DNA of 57,611 nucleotides from Actinomycetota bacterium (GTDB lineage Bacteria > Actinomycetota > AC-67): positions 1-57,611 of the forward strand of contig JBKKCR010000172.1 of NCBI GenBank assembly GCA_046712825.1, read 5' to 3'. Position numbers and translations under genes: made by a program. Below the pieces are notes generated by a model. The model worked only from the letters and a program-made list of their open reading frames with translations. It was not told the origin of the DNA and searched no databases. Shown here piece by piece: positions 49,782 through 57,558 of this stretch; the first letter of the stretch is position 1, and every line of letters starts with the position of its first letter.

Positions 49782-49817
49782 CCGCAGCGAGGTAAACCCC
49801 CGCCCGCAAACCCGCAC

Positions 49818-49848
49818 AGTATAGGGTCGGTCTCCGAAGGGTGTAAAG
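49818..49848 (-). promoter_or_regulatory. sigma-70-like promoter for tRNA-Trp-secE-nusG
   Basis: Minus strand reads TTTACA-18 nt-TATACT (or TTACAC-17). The -10 element is about 35 nt upstream of the mature tRNA 5' end. Confidence 0.45.
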
Positions 49849-49949
49849 CGAACCGGGATGCAGCACCCGCCCTGAACAGCGTAAACGAACTCAACGCGTG
49901 GTTAGGACGGGACTCGTGCCCCTCAGATCCGACACGACCACCCAGGCAG

Positions 49950-50351
49950 TCAGGCGTTTGCGATGCGCGTCGACCGGGTCGAGCGCGCAACACGCCAAAG
50001 AGCGAAGGCCGCGCCCGCGGCGACGATCGCCGCGCCGGCCGAAACGATCGCCTCACGGTTGCCGGCAACCACACGGGCGATCTCCGGCGAGACGATCGGC
50101 GGCACCGGCAGGAACCGATGACGGCGCTCCCCCCGGACTCGTTCGGCGATGGCCCGCGCGAGGAAGGCAGGCGGCTCGATCTCTCTTTCGTTCAGGGTCG
50201 CCAGCCCGGCCGCGAGCGTGCGGTACCGCGCCGACTCCGCCCGGCACGATGCGCACCCAGCGACGTGAGCCTCGACCCAACGGATCGTTGCAGCGCCGAG
50301 CTCTCCACCGGCGACACCCGGCAAGTACGGAGCAACCTGTTCGCAGTTCAT
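49950..50351 (-). CDS. membrane-anchored zinc-binding anti-sigma factor (ZAS, zf-HC2)
   Basis: Track ORF trimmed to MNCEQVAPYL at 50351, which overlaps the sigma gene stop (ATGA). Has C3...H29-x3-C33-x2-C36 (HVAGCASC) and a C-terminal TM segment AIVSAGAAIVAAGAAFALW. Confidence 0.8.
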   Translation of the reverse strand: MNCEQVAPYLPGVAGGELGAATIRWVEAHVAGCASCRAESARYRTLAAGLATLNEREIEPPAFLARAIAERVRGERRHRFLPVPPIVSPEIARVVAGNREAIVSAGAAIVAAGAAFALWRVARSTRSTRIANA

Positions 50352-50911
50352 GATGTCTTCTTTCGTCTCATCGGCACAACAACCTCGTTCCCGTAAAGCT
50401 CCTCCGCCAGCCGGCGCCGGGCCCGGAAAACACGAACCTTGACCGCCCCTTCGGTCGCGCCGACCTGTTTGGCGATCTCGGCCAGCGAAAACCCGTACAC
50501 ATCCTTCATGACCAACACCGTCCGCATCGGCGCCGGCAGCCGAGCCAGCGCTTCGTCGAGCGATTCCGACTCGACCGGCTCCTCCGCCTGGGCCGGAGCC
50601 CGTTCCAGCTGCACCAGATCCGCGGGGTCCACCGCCTCGGCTTCGCGACCCCGGCGCTTGAGGTGCGTCATCGCCGCGTTGGCCGCGATCCGGTAGGCCC
50701 ACGTCGCGAACGCCGCGTCGCCCCGGTACGACCGCAACGACCGCCAGATCCGGAGATAGATGTCTTGCATCACGTCGGCCGCGTCGTCATGGTTGCCAAC
50801 GAGCCGATACACCAGGCCGTAGACGGCCTTGTGTGTCTGTTCGATGAGCGCCTCGAAGGCTTCGGAGTCGCCCCGTTTGGCCGCCTCGACGAGCGTGGCG
50901 TCTATGTGCAA
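50348..50911 (-). CDS. ECF-type RNA polymerase sigma-70 family factor
   Basis: 187 aa with region 2 (DAADVMQDIYLRIW, FATWAYRIAAN) and region 4 (SLAEIAKQVGATEGAVKVRVFRARRRL). The start is a TTG in the track and its exact position is uncertain. Confidence 0.85.
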   Translation of the reverse strand: MHIDATLVEAAKRGDSEAFEALIEQTHKAVYGLVYRLVGNHDDAADVMQDIYLRIWRSLRSYRGDAAFATWAYRIAANAAMTHLKRRGREAEAVDPADLVQLERAPAQAEEPVESESLDEALARLPAPMRTVLVMKDVYGFSLAEIAKQVGATEGAVKVRVFRARRRLAEELYGNEVVVPMRRKKTS

Positions 50912-50966
50912 GAACCCTCCGAGCGTTTGACCCTCGGGCCCGCCCCCAGGTTACCGCCCAGATGGG

Positions 50967-51878
50967 TCAATCTCGGTGGGATAGCAGCATCCCGTGCTGG
51001 TCTTTCCAGCGATCGAAGAAGGTGTTCCAGTTCCTCTTGGACCGTTTGGCACGCTCTTCCTCATCGACGGTCGTCCACCCTCGATGGGTGTGCTTAGCAG
51101 CGGGGAGCGGGACCACGACCGCCCGCGTGCCGAGGGCACGGAGTTGGAACGACAAGTCGATATCGGCGTGTCGATACCAGCGGAACTTCTCGTACATGAG
51201 GCCTCTTGCGAGGAGTTCGCGCCGGGTGGCCAGCAGGTAGCCCTCGACCGCGTCCACCTCGGGGCCCGGCGACTCCGTGAACTCGCGCATGTCGGCCGAG
51301 ACGATCCCCCACGGACCCGCCACGCCGACCGACGGATCCTCGAACGCTTCCGCCAACGGTCCGAGTACGTCGCCCATGGGCTCGACCGCGAGGTCTGCGA
51401 GCACAACGACCCGCCCGCGGCCGGTCTTCAGCCCCGCGTTGCGCGCCTGCGCGTAGCCCAGCTCCCGGCCGAGGTGGAGCACGCGCACGCGCTCCGATGC
51501 GAGGGACTCGAGCCAGACCGCTTGGTCGGAGGCGTTGTCGACGAGCACGACCTCGAAGTCGTGCGAGGCGCAGTATCTCGCCAAACCGGCGAGGAATCGC
51601 TCCACGTCGTCGGGGAAGCCTTCGTACAGGAGGTGGATCGAAAACTCGAGCTGCGCCGGCTCGTCGAGAGCGTTCTCGATCCCAGCCGGATCGATGGGCG
51701 CGAACGCGACGCGCGCTTCGGCTGTTGCCCCCGCGGGCGTGTCGCGGACGTCGAAGCCGAGTGCGGTGATCTCGTCCCGAAGCGAATCGGCGCGCGCGAA
51801 GTCTTTCGATGCTCTCGCGCTCTGCCGCTCGACGAGCAGGCGTTCGACCTCCGGCGGGACGTGGCTCGCAGGGCTCAC
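50967..51878 (-). CDS. glycosyltransferase family 2-like protein with CysRS-C-terminus-like N-terminal helix
   Basis: 303 aa. The N-terminus RQSARASKDFARADSLRDEITALGFDVRDTPAG resembles the C-terminal motif of cysteinyl-tRNA synthetases. The core VVLVDNASDQ...ARNAGL is GT-A-like. Confidence 0.65.
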   Translation of the reverse strand: MSPASHVPPEVERLLVERQSARASKDFARADSLRDEITALGFDVRDTPAGATAEARVAFAPIDPAGIENALDEPAQLEFSIHLLYEGFPDDVERFLAGLARYCASHDFEVVLVDNASDQAVWLESLASERVRVLHLGRELGYAQARNAGLKTGRGRVVVLADLAVEPMGDVLGPLAEAFEDPSVGVAGPWGIVSADMREFTESPGPEVDAVEGYLLATRRELLARGLMYEKFRWYRHADIDLSFQLRALGTRAVVVPLPAAKHTHRGWTTVDEEERAKRSKRNWNTFFDRWKDQHGMLLSHRD

Positions 51879-51890
51879 CGGAGGGCTGGG

Positions 51891-52313
51891 TTAGACGAGC
51901 TCGACCTCCGCCTCGGCGGCGCCGACGTTCGCGTCACCGACGGCGGCCGAGATCTCGAGGACCACGCGGTTGGGATCGAGTTTGCGAGCGACCTTTCCGG
52001 AGACCGTCACTTTGTTACCGGTTTCATTCGGAACCACAACCGGCAGGGTGAACCGCGTCTTGAACCGTTTCACCGCACCGGGATCGCCGATCCAGTCGGT
52101 AACGAACTGGCCGATACGGGCCATCGTGAACATCCCGTGGCTGATCACGTCCGGAAGACCGACCGCCTTCGCGAAGGGCTCGTTCCAATGGATCGGATTG
52201 AAGTCACCGGATGCGCCGGCGTACATGACGAGATTCAGGCGCTGAACGTCGTAGGTCCACGGCTTCAGCTCTTCACCCTCGGAGACGTCGGCGTAGCGCA
52301 CCTTGGCCGTCAT
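51891..52313 (-). CDS. MaoC-like (R)-specific hydratase/dehydratase, catalytic subunit (HadB-like)
   Basis: 140 aa with an intact hydratase-2 motif, YAGASGDFNPIHWNEPFA. Confidence 0.8.
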   Translation of the reverse strand: MTAKVRYADVSEGEELKPWTYDVQRLNLVMYAGASGDFNPIHWNEPFAKAVGLPDVISHGMFTMARIGQFVTDWIGDPGAVKRFKTRFTLPVVVPNETGNKVTVSGKVARKLDPNRVVLEISAAVGDANVGAAEAEVELV

Positions 52314-52314
52314 G

Positions 52315-52773
52315 TCACCCCTCCTGCGGGGCGGTGCCCCGGCTGACGATCACGGAGCGCGCGATCGCAACTTTCTCGCCGCTGGGGGTCTCGATCGAGG
52401 CCTCGTAGGTCATGAACTCGTTCTTACCCCTCGCTGCGATGGCGGAGATCCTCGGTTTGCCGATGAGGACGTCTCCCGGCTTCACCGGCCGGATCAGCTC
52501 GAACTCCTGCTCGCCGTGAACGACCATCGCGTAGTTCAGGCCGAGCTCCGGGTCGCCCACGACCTGAGGGCCGAACTTGAAGCCGAGCGTGGTGAGGAAC
52601 GTCGGCGGCGCGATGATGTCGTCGTAGCCCGCCGCCTTCGCGGCGGCCTCGTCGTGGTAGATCGGATTGAAGTCCCCGATCGCCGTCGCGAAATCGCGGA
52701 TCTTTTCGCGGCCGACCTCGTAAGGAGCCGAGGCCGGGTACTCCTTACCGATCAGGGCCTTGTTGAGCGGCAT
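52315..52773 (-). CDS. MaoC-like hot-dog protein, non-catalytic partner (HadA/HadC-like)
   Basis: 152 aa. The corresponding motif reads IGDFNPIYHDEAAA, with Tyr in place of the catalytic His. Confidence 0.75.
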   Translation of the reverse strand: MPLNKALIGKEYPASAPYEVGREKIRDFATAIGDFNPIYHDEAAAKAAGYDDIIAPPTFLTTLGFKFGPQVVGDPELGLNYAMVVHGEQEFELIRPVKPGDVLIGKPRISAIAARGKNEFMTYEASIETPSGEKVAIARSVIVSRGTAPQEG

Positions 52774-52803
52774 GACTCCTCCCCTTGATTTCGGCCGGGT
52801 GCG

Positions 52804-53610
52804 CTAGACGCCGAGTTGCGCGCCGGTGACCGGCAGCACGACACCGCTGACGAAGTCGGCCTCGGCCGAACAGAGGTACAGGTGAGCGTTGGCAAGGTCC
52901 TCGGGCCTGCCGGCCCGGCCGATCGCGATGAGGCCGATGGCCATGTTGCGCAGCGGCTCAGGGATGCCCAGGTCCGATCCCTCCTGCTTCGCGGCGGTGA
53001 GCCGGGTCTCGACGAACCCCGGCGCGACCGCGTTGACGTTGATGCGGAACGGGCCGAGCTCTCGGGCGAGGGTCTTCGTCAGCGAGATGAGGGCCCCCTT
53101 GGCCGCGGTGTAGTTCGCCTGGCCGGGGTTCCCGCTGATACCGACCGTCGACGAGGTGAATGTGATCTTGCGGTGGTAGGAGACCTCGCCCTTCTCCGCG
53201 AGCTCCTTCTTCGCGACCTCACGCATGTACGGCATCGCAGCGAGCGACGAGTGGTAGGCCGTATAGAGGTTGACCTTGATCGCGGTGTCCCAGATGTCGG
53301 GGGTCATGTTGTGGAAGGTCTTATCGCGCGTGATGCCGGCGTTGTTGACGAGGATGTCCAGCCGGCCGAACTCTTTCACGGCGACTTCGACCATCCGCTG
53401 CGCGGCGTCGAACTCGACGGTGTTCTCTATCGCTACGACGGCTTGGCCGCCGTTCTTGCGGATCTCCTCGGCGGTCTCTTCGGCCGGATCAGGGTCGACG
53501 TCGTTGACGACGACCGAGGCTCCCTCCTCCGCGAATCGGAGCGCGGTCGCGCGGCCGATGCCGCGGCCCGAGCCGGTAATGATTGCAACTCGGTCGTCCA
53601 AGCGACCCAC
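52804..53610 (-). CDS. short-chain dehydrogenase/reductase (FabG-like 3-oxoacyl reductase)
   Basis: 268 aa containing ITGSGRGIGRA, NNAG and the YTAAK catalytic motif. Confidence 0.85.
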   Translation of the reverse strand: MGRLDDRVAIITGSGRGIGRATALRFAEEGASVVVNDVDPDPAEETAEEIRKNGGQAVVAIENTVEFDAAQRMVEVAVKEFGRLDILVNNAGITRDKTFHNMTPDIWDTAIKVNLYTAYHSSLAAMPYMREVAKKELAEKGEVSYHRKITFTSSTVGISGNPGQANYTAAKGALISLTKTLARELGPFRINVNAVAPGFVETRLTAAKQEGSDLGIPEPLRNMAIGLIAIGRAGRPEDLANAHLYLCSAEADFVSGVVLPVTGAQLGV

Positions 53611-53667
53611 AGGCGTTCCCCCCTCAGATGGATGCCGTGCCCGGCTGCGGGGCTCGGCCGAAAGTGG

Positions 53668-53832
53668 CTACCGCGTTTCGCGGTGCTGGGTGTGGTGTCC
53701 GCACCAACGGCAGTACTTCTTCAGCGCGATGCGGTCGCGATCGTTCTGCTTGTTCTTCTCCGTCTGGTAGTTCCGGCGCTTGCAGTCCTCGCAGGCGAGG
53801 GTCACGCCGGGACGGTTATCTGCCTTGGCCAC
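53668..53832 (-). CDS. rpmG: 50S ribosomal protein L33 (Zn-binding C+ form)
   Basis: A GTG at 53832 gives (M)[53 protein letters not shown]. Confidence 0.9.
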   Translation of the reverse strand: MAKADNRPGVTLACEDCKRRNYQTEKNKQNDRDRIALKKYCRWCGHHTQHRETR

Positions 53833-53990
53833 GTTCGTCCTCCATGCAGCGACCAGGCCGGAAAGAGCCTGGGACGGGGCGAAAGTATAGCCCCGGCCTC
53901 CGGAGCCACGCGACACACACCGCCCGGCGGAGCCACGTTGGGGGCTGGCGGGCCTTTGTCGGACTCAGCCCGAGTTGGCAGCAGGTTTCG

Positions 53991-54062
53991 TAGCGGGGGG
54001 CGGAATCGAACCGCCGACACAGCGATTATGAGCCGCTTGCTCTGCCTCTGAGCTACCCCGCC
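53991..54062 (-). tRNA. tRNA-Met (anticodon CAT, elongator type), no encoded CCA
   Basis: Hand-folded: GGCGGGG TA GCTC..GAGC, anticodon loop CTCATAA, T-arm GGCGGTTCGATTCCGCC. It has a G1-U72 wobble and lacks the initiator-type GGG/CCC anticodon stem. Confidence 0.8.
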
Positions 54063-54072
54063 TCGTTCACGT

Positions 54073-54148
54073 TGGAGCTGGCGGCCGGAATCGAACCGGC
54101 GACCCCGGCCTTACCATGGCCGTGCTCTGCCGTCTGAGCTACGCCAGC
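54073..54148 (-). tRNA. tRNA-Thr (anticodon GGT), CCA end encoded
   Basis: Hand-folded: acceptor GCTGGCG/CGCCAGC, anticodon stem CGGCC/GGCCG with loop ATGGTAA, T-arm GCCGGTTCGATTCCGGC. Confidence 0.88.
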
Positions 54149-54188
54149 GAGACACCGGATTCTAGCGCGGCCCTTCGATCACGCTGCA

Positions 54189-56138
54189 TCAGCGGATCTT
54201 CTCCTCGAAGCAGCCACTTACGGCCTCACCGCCGGGGTCGACCCCTTGGAACGCGATCCGCCAGCCGCCCGCTCCAAGGGTGGCGTCGGCGACGAAGTGA
54301 CCCGGGCCGAAGCGCCGGACCTCAAACTCGATCCTCTCACCCGAGTGCGTTCCGAGGATCGTCGGAAGCGTGGCCACGGGCAGCTCCTGTCCCTGTGCAT
54401 CGAAGAAGGTCACGTGAACCTCATTGAGCCCGGCCGTGCCCGGATCCACGTAGAGCTGCGCGGAACCGGCCGGCAGGCGAACGTTGTAGAGGGTTGGACC
54501 GCCGCTGACCGGCACGGCCTCAACGCGGCAGCGGGTCTCGAGCTCAATGGGGATCTCGAACGAGTCGGTCGGCTGCTGGATGATTACGGTGACGGTCCAC
54601 GGACCGTCCAGGGAAAGGCTGGAGCCGTTGCCCTCGTAGACGCCGCGTCTGATCCGGGTGAGCTCTAGCTCTGTCTCACCGACGGATGCATCAGCGAAGC
54701 GGAAGCGCAGAGCGACCCGTATCGCATCCACCGGCTCGCCGGTGTCCGGCACCGTAGCCCGCACGACGAACGAGTTGGGGCCGGCGAAGCCCGGAGTGAC
54801 CTCGAGCCGGAGGCGGATCGTTTGCGCGAAGTCGGACGCGACCACGACGATGCGATCGGTGGGAACCGCGGTCGCCGATGCGTCCGCCGGCGGCGACGTG
54901 CTGGCGAGACCGGCGGCGGCCGCGAGAGCCAGCCCTGCGAGTGCGAGCTCGGCGCGGGACACCCGACGGAGCCCGGAAGGATCGGATCCGGCACGCGGAA
55001 CGTTCCGGTAGCGGTTGATCGCTCCCAACGTCGCAAGCCCGATGATGAGCGCAGCCTTCGCGATCACGAGTCGGCCGTACGTCGATGAGAAGAGCCCGTC
55101 CCAGGTGCCGATCTCGGCGATCGCACGTACCGTCCCAGTGATCGCGACCACCAGGATTGCGATGCCCGCGGCAGCGGAGAACCGACGGATTGCTCGGGCT
55201 TTGTCCTCTGAAGGCGCGCCCCTGATGCCGAGGAGCAGCGCGGCGAGCCCGCCGATCCATACGCCGGCCGCAAGGACGTGGACGAACTGCGAAGCGATGT
55301 TGCGCCAGCCCGGCTCGCTCGCTGCCGCGTGCCCGGCATGGACATGAGCGAAGACGCCCCCCGCGGCTGCCGCCCCTGCTATCACGAGCGCGAGCCGGGC
55401 GGAGCGTCCGACCGATCGCGTCGCGAGCGCGAACGCTAGGCCGGCCACAAAGATCGCCCCTCCGCGCCAGATCAGCGCGTGACCGATCGGCGTCGACGCG
55501 AGGTCCCCGAAGCCGACTCCTGCGGCCGCACGCTGTGAGAGACCGAGCAGGATCAATCCACCGAGCGCTGCCGCCCAAGAGGCCGTCGTGAATAGCCTCA
55601 CTCCGCCGGGAGCAGCAGAGAATGCCAGCGCCGATATCCACGCGCCGCCAACGAGGCCGAGCAGGCCTACGTACAAGAGCCAGCGCCCGGCCACCTCGAC
55701 GGGCGAGATGGGCGGTGTCACCGGAGCAGCGACTGGGTTCGGCGCCGCGTTCGCCGGCGACACGCCGACGCCGAACGCGAAAGCCCCCCCGGTCGCGTGG
55801 CCGTCCACGCGTGAGACGACGCGCCACGCGACGGTGTAAACGCCCTCAGGCAAGTCGCGAACCCGCACGCGGATCGTGCGAGCGACGCTCGGAACGCGGA
55901 CGGGCCTGCCCAGCTGGAATTCGGCTCCGGTCGAGTCGAGGACCCGGACCACCGAGAGCGCTACCTCGGGATCCTCGGTGAACGTCAGCGTCACGGCGTC
56001 CGGCGGCGAGGTGAGCTCCGCGCTGTCCGTCGGGTCGGAGGATCGCAGCAGCGCGTGCGCTCCCGCTCCTGGCGCGAGGAAAACGAGCCCGGCGCCAGCG
56101 AGCAGAAGCGCTGTGGCGATCCGTCTGCGAAACGTCAT
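54189..56138 (-). CDS. copper-resistance/transport fusion protein CopC-CopD with C-terminal YtkA/FixH-like domains (YcnJ-like)
   Basis: 649 aa. After the signal peptide comes HALLRSSDPTDSAELTSPPDAVTLTFTEDPE (CopC), then about 8 TM helices (CopD), then two beta-rich extracytoplasmic repeats. Confidence 0.8.
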   Translation of the reverse strand: MTFRRRIATALLLAGAGLVFLAPGAGAHALLRSSDPTDSAELTSPPDAVTLTFTEDPEVALSVVRVLDSTGAEFQLGRPVRVPSVARTIRVRVRDLPEGVYTVAWRVVSRVDGHATGGAFAFGVGVSPANAAPNPVAAPVTPPISPVEVAGRWLLYVGLLGLVGGAWISALAFSAAPGGVRLFTTASWAAALGGLILLGLSQRAAAGVGFGDLASTPIGHALIWRGGAIFVAGLAFALATRSVGRSARLALVIAGAAAAGGVFAHVHAGHAAASEPGWRNIASQFVHVLAAGVWIGGLAALLLGIRGAPSEDKARAIRRFSAAAGIAILVVAITGTVRAIAEIGTWDGLFSSTYGRLVIAKAALIIGLATLGAINRYRNVPRAGSDPSGLRRVSRAELALAGLALAAAAGLASTSPPADASATAVPTDRIVVVASDFAQTIRLRLEVTPGFAGPNSFVVRATVPDTGEPVDAIRVALRFRFADASVGETELELTRIRRGVYEGNGSSLSLDGPWTVTVIIQQPTDSFEIPIELETRCRVEAVPVSGGPTLYNVRLPAGSAQLYVDPGTAGLNEVHVTFFDAQGQELPVATLPTILGTHSGERIEFEVRRFGPGHFVADATLGAGGWRIAFQGVDPGGEAVSGCFEEKIR

Positions 56139-56150
56139 GGGGCGCTCCTT

Positions 56151-56828
56151 CTAGGAGGCCGCCTTCTTCCGCCGCGGCCGAAGCCCGAAGGCGATGCCGA
56201 TCACCGCCAGGGCGATGCCGATGATGCCGAACAGCTTCGCGTTCTTGGCGTCGTCCTTGGCCGCCTGCGCGGCCGTCGCGGCGGTCTTGCGAACCTGATC
56301 GATGGCGAGCTGGAGCTGGCCGTTATTCGGATCTTTCTCCGGGAAGGAGACGGCCGCGACCTCGCGGACGTCATCGAATTTGGTCCCCTCGATCGCGCCA
56401 CGCTCCCCGGAGGTGTAGAAGCGGTCGAACGCTCGACCACGGAGCGTCCCGGTCACGTGGAAGGTGAATGCACCGGGTCGCGTTGGAACGAAACTCTCGC
56501 TGCGCCACTCACCCGGCTCGCCGAACTCGAACGGCTCCAGCGGAACTGGGTTCATCTTCTGCGTGCCGGCCTTGTCGCCGAAGATGACTTCGACGTTGAG
56601 CGATGCCTCTCCCGGGTCGAGCGGGACCGCTTGGGATCTCGGGCGGACCTCGTGCAGGAACATGGCTACAGCGTTGGGTTGACCGGTGAACGTCGGCTCG
56701 GTCTCCCAGCCGATCTCGATCTCCACCGCTCCGAACCGGTCGTGAAGGTGCGCCGAGGCGGGCAGAGCGGCCGCGACGATCCATATCGCGAGCAGGGCGG
56801 CGGCGAGTACAGACAAACGTCGTGACAT
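56151..56828 (-). CDS. secreted, C-terminally membrane-anchored protein, putative copper-binding (YcnI-like architecture)
   Basis: 225 aa. The signal peptide ends ...LPASA, followed directly by His. The ectodomain is beta-rich, with a C-terminal TM helix LFGIIGIALAVIGIAFGL plus a basic tail. Immediately upstream of the CopCD gene. Confidence 0.55.
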   Translation of the reverse strand: MSRRLSVLAAALLAIWIVAAALPASAHLHDRFGAVEIEIGWETEPTFTGQPNAVAMFLHEVRPRSQAVPLDPGEASLNVEVIFGDKAGTQKMNPVPLEPFEFGEPGEWRSESFVPTRPGAFTFHVTGTLRGRAFDRFYTSGERGAIEGTKFDDVREVAAVSFPEKDPNNGQLQLAIDQVRKTAATAAQAAKDDAKNAKLFGIIGIALAVIGIAFGLRPRRKKAAS

Positions 56829-56881
56829 TGCTCCTCCTGGCGTTCGAAGTCAGCGGGCCGCCCGGATGGACGGCGGCCGGA

Positions 56882-57484
56882 TCAGAGGGCTTGCGGGCGG
56901 AGCGAAGGCGGACCTCGGATCGGCTTCGGAGCGTTGAGCGAACGGCGAAGCCGCACGCTTCGACGAGCAGGAGACCAGATCGGCGACACCGCCGCCGCGC
57001 CGTCGGGGACGAAGAGTCGCCCGATCGTCTCGCCCGCTCGATACAACATCGCGATAAGGGCGGCGCCGACCGCCGCGATCGCGATCTGCGCCAGTGCGCC
57101 CGCGATGAGGATCGGAAGCAAGAAGTGGTGGAACGGCACCCCCGAAACGAGGCGTTCCATGAACTCGAGGCTCACGAAAGCGCCGATCTGGATGAGCGCG
57201 AGCTTCGCCGTCGTGACGTGCCGCTCGGGCCTGGCGTAGCCGCCGGCCTTCGCCCGCGCGTATCCGCCGGCCAACGTTGCGGCTCCGACGATCACGGCCA
57301 GCATCGCAGCGAAGCGAAGAGCCATCGGGAAGTACCCGTGACCGGTCTCGATCAGGATCGCGTGGCGCTGAGGCGAGCCGGGGAAGACGATGCGATAGCC
57401 GAAGAAGTGTCCGGCCAGCACACCTGCCGCCGCGGTACAGGCGAGTCGGAGCGCCCCGGAGGCGAACGGCCGTTTGCGCGTCAC
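56882..57484 (-). CDS. hypothetical polytopic membrane protein with intramembrane His residues
   Basis: 200 aa with a GTG start and 4-5 hydrophobic segments. I recognised no family. Confidence 0.55.
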   Translation of the reverse strand: MTRKRPFASGALRLACTAAAGVLAGHFFGYRIVFPGSPQRHAILIETGHGYFPMALRFAAMLAVIVGAATLAGGYARAKAGGYARPERHVTTAKLALIQIGAFVSLEFMERLVSGVPFHHFLLPILIAGALAQIAIAAVGAALIAMLYRAGETIGRLFVPDGAAAVSPIWSPARRSVRLRRSLNAPKPIRGPPSLRPQAL

Positions 57485-57558
57485 GCCGAACAGTGTAAGC
57501 CCGAGGCTTCGAGCGAGCCCCGCGCGGGAGGCGCCACAGGGCCGCGTACGATTTTGGT

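Noticed and set aside
54149-57558. The copper cluster as a mobile genomic island integrated at tRNA-Tyr.
   Set aside because: I found no integrase, recombinase or transposase gene, and no direct repeat of the tRNA-Tyr 3' end at the distal boundary near 54149..54188. Only the tRNA-flanked position is suggestive.
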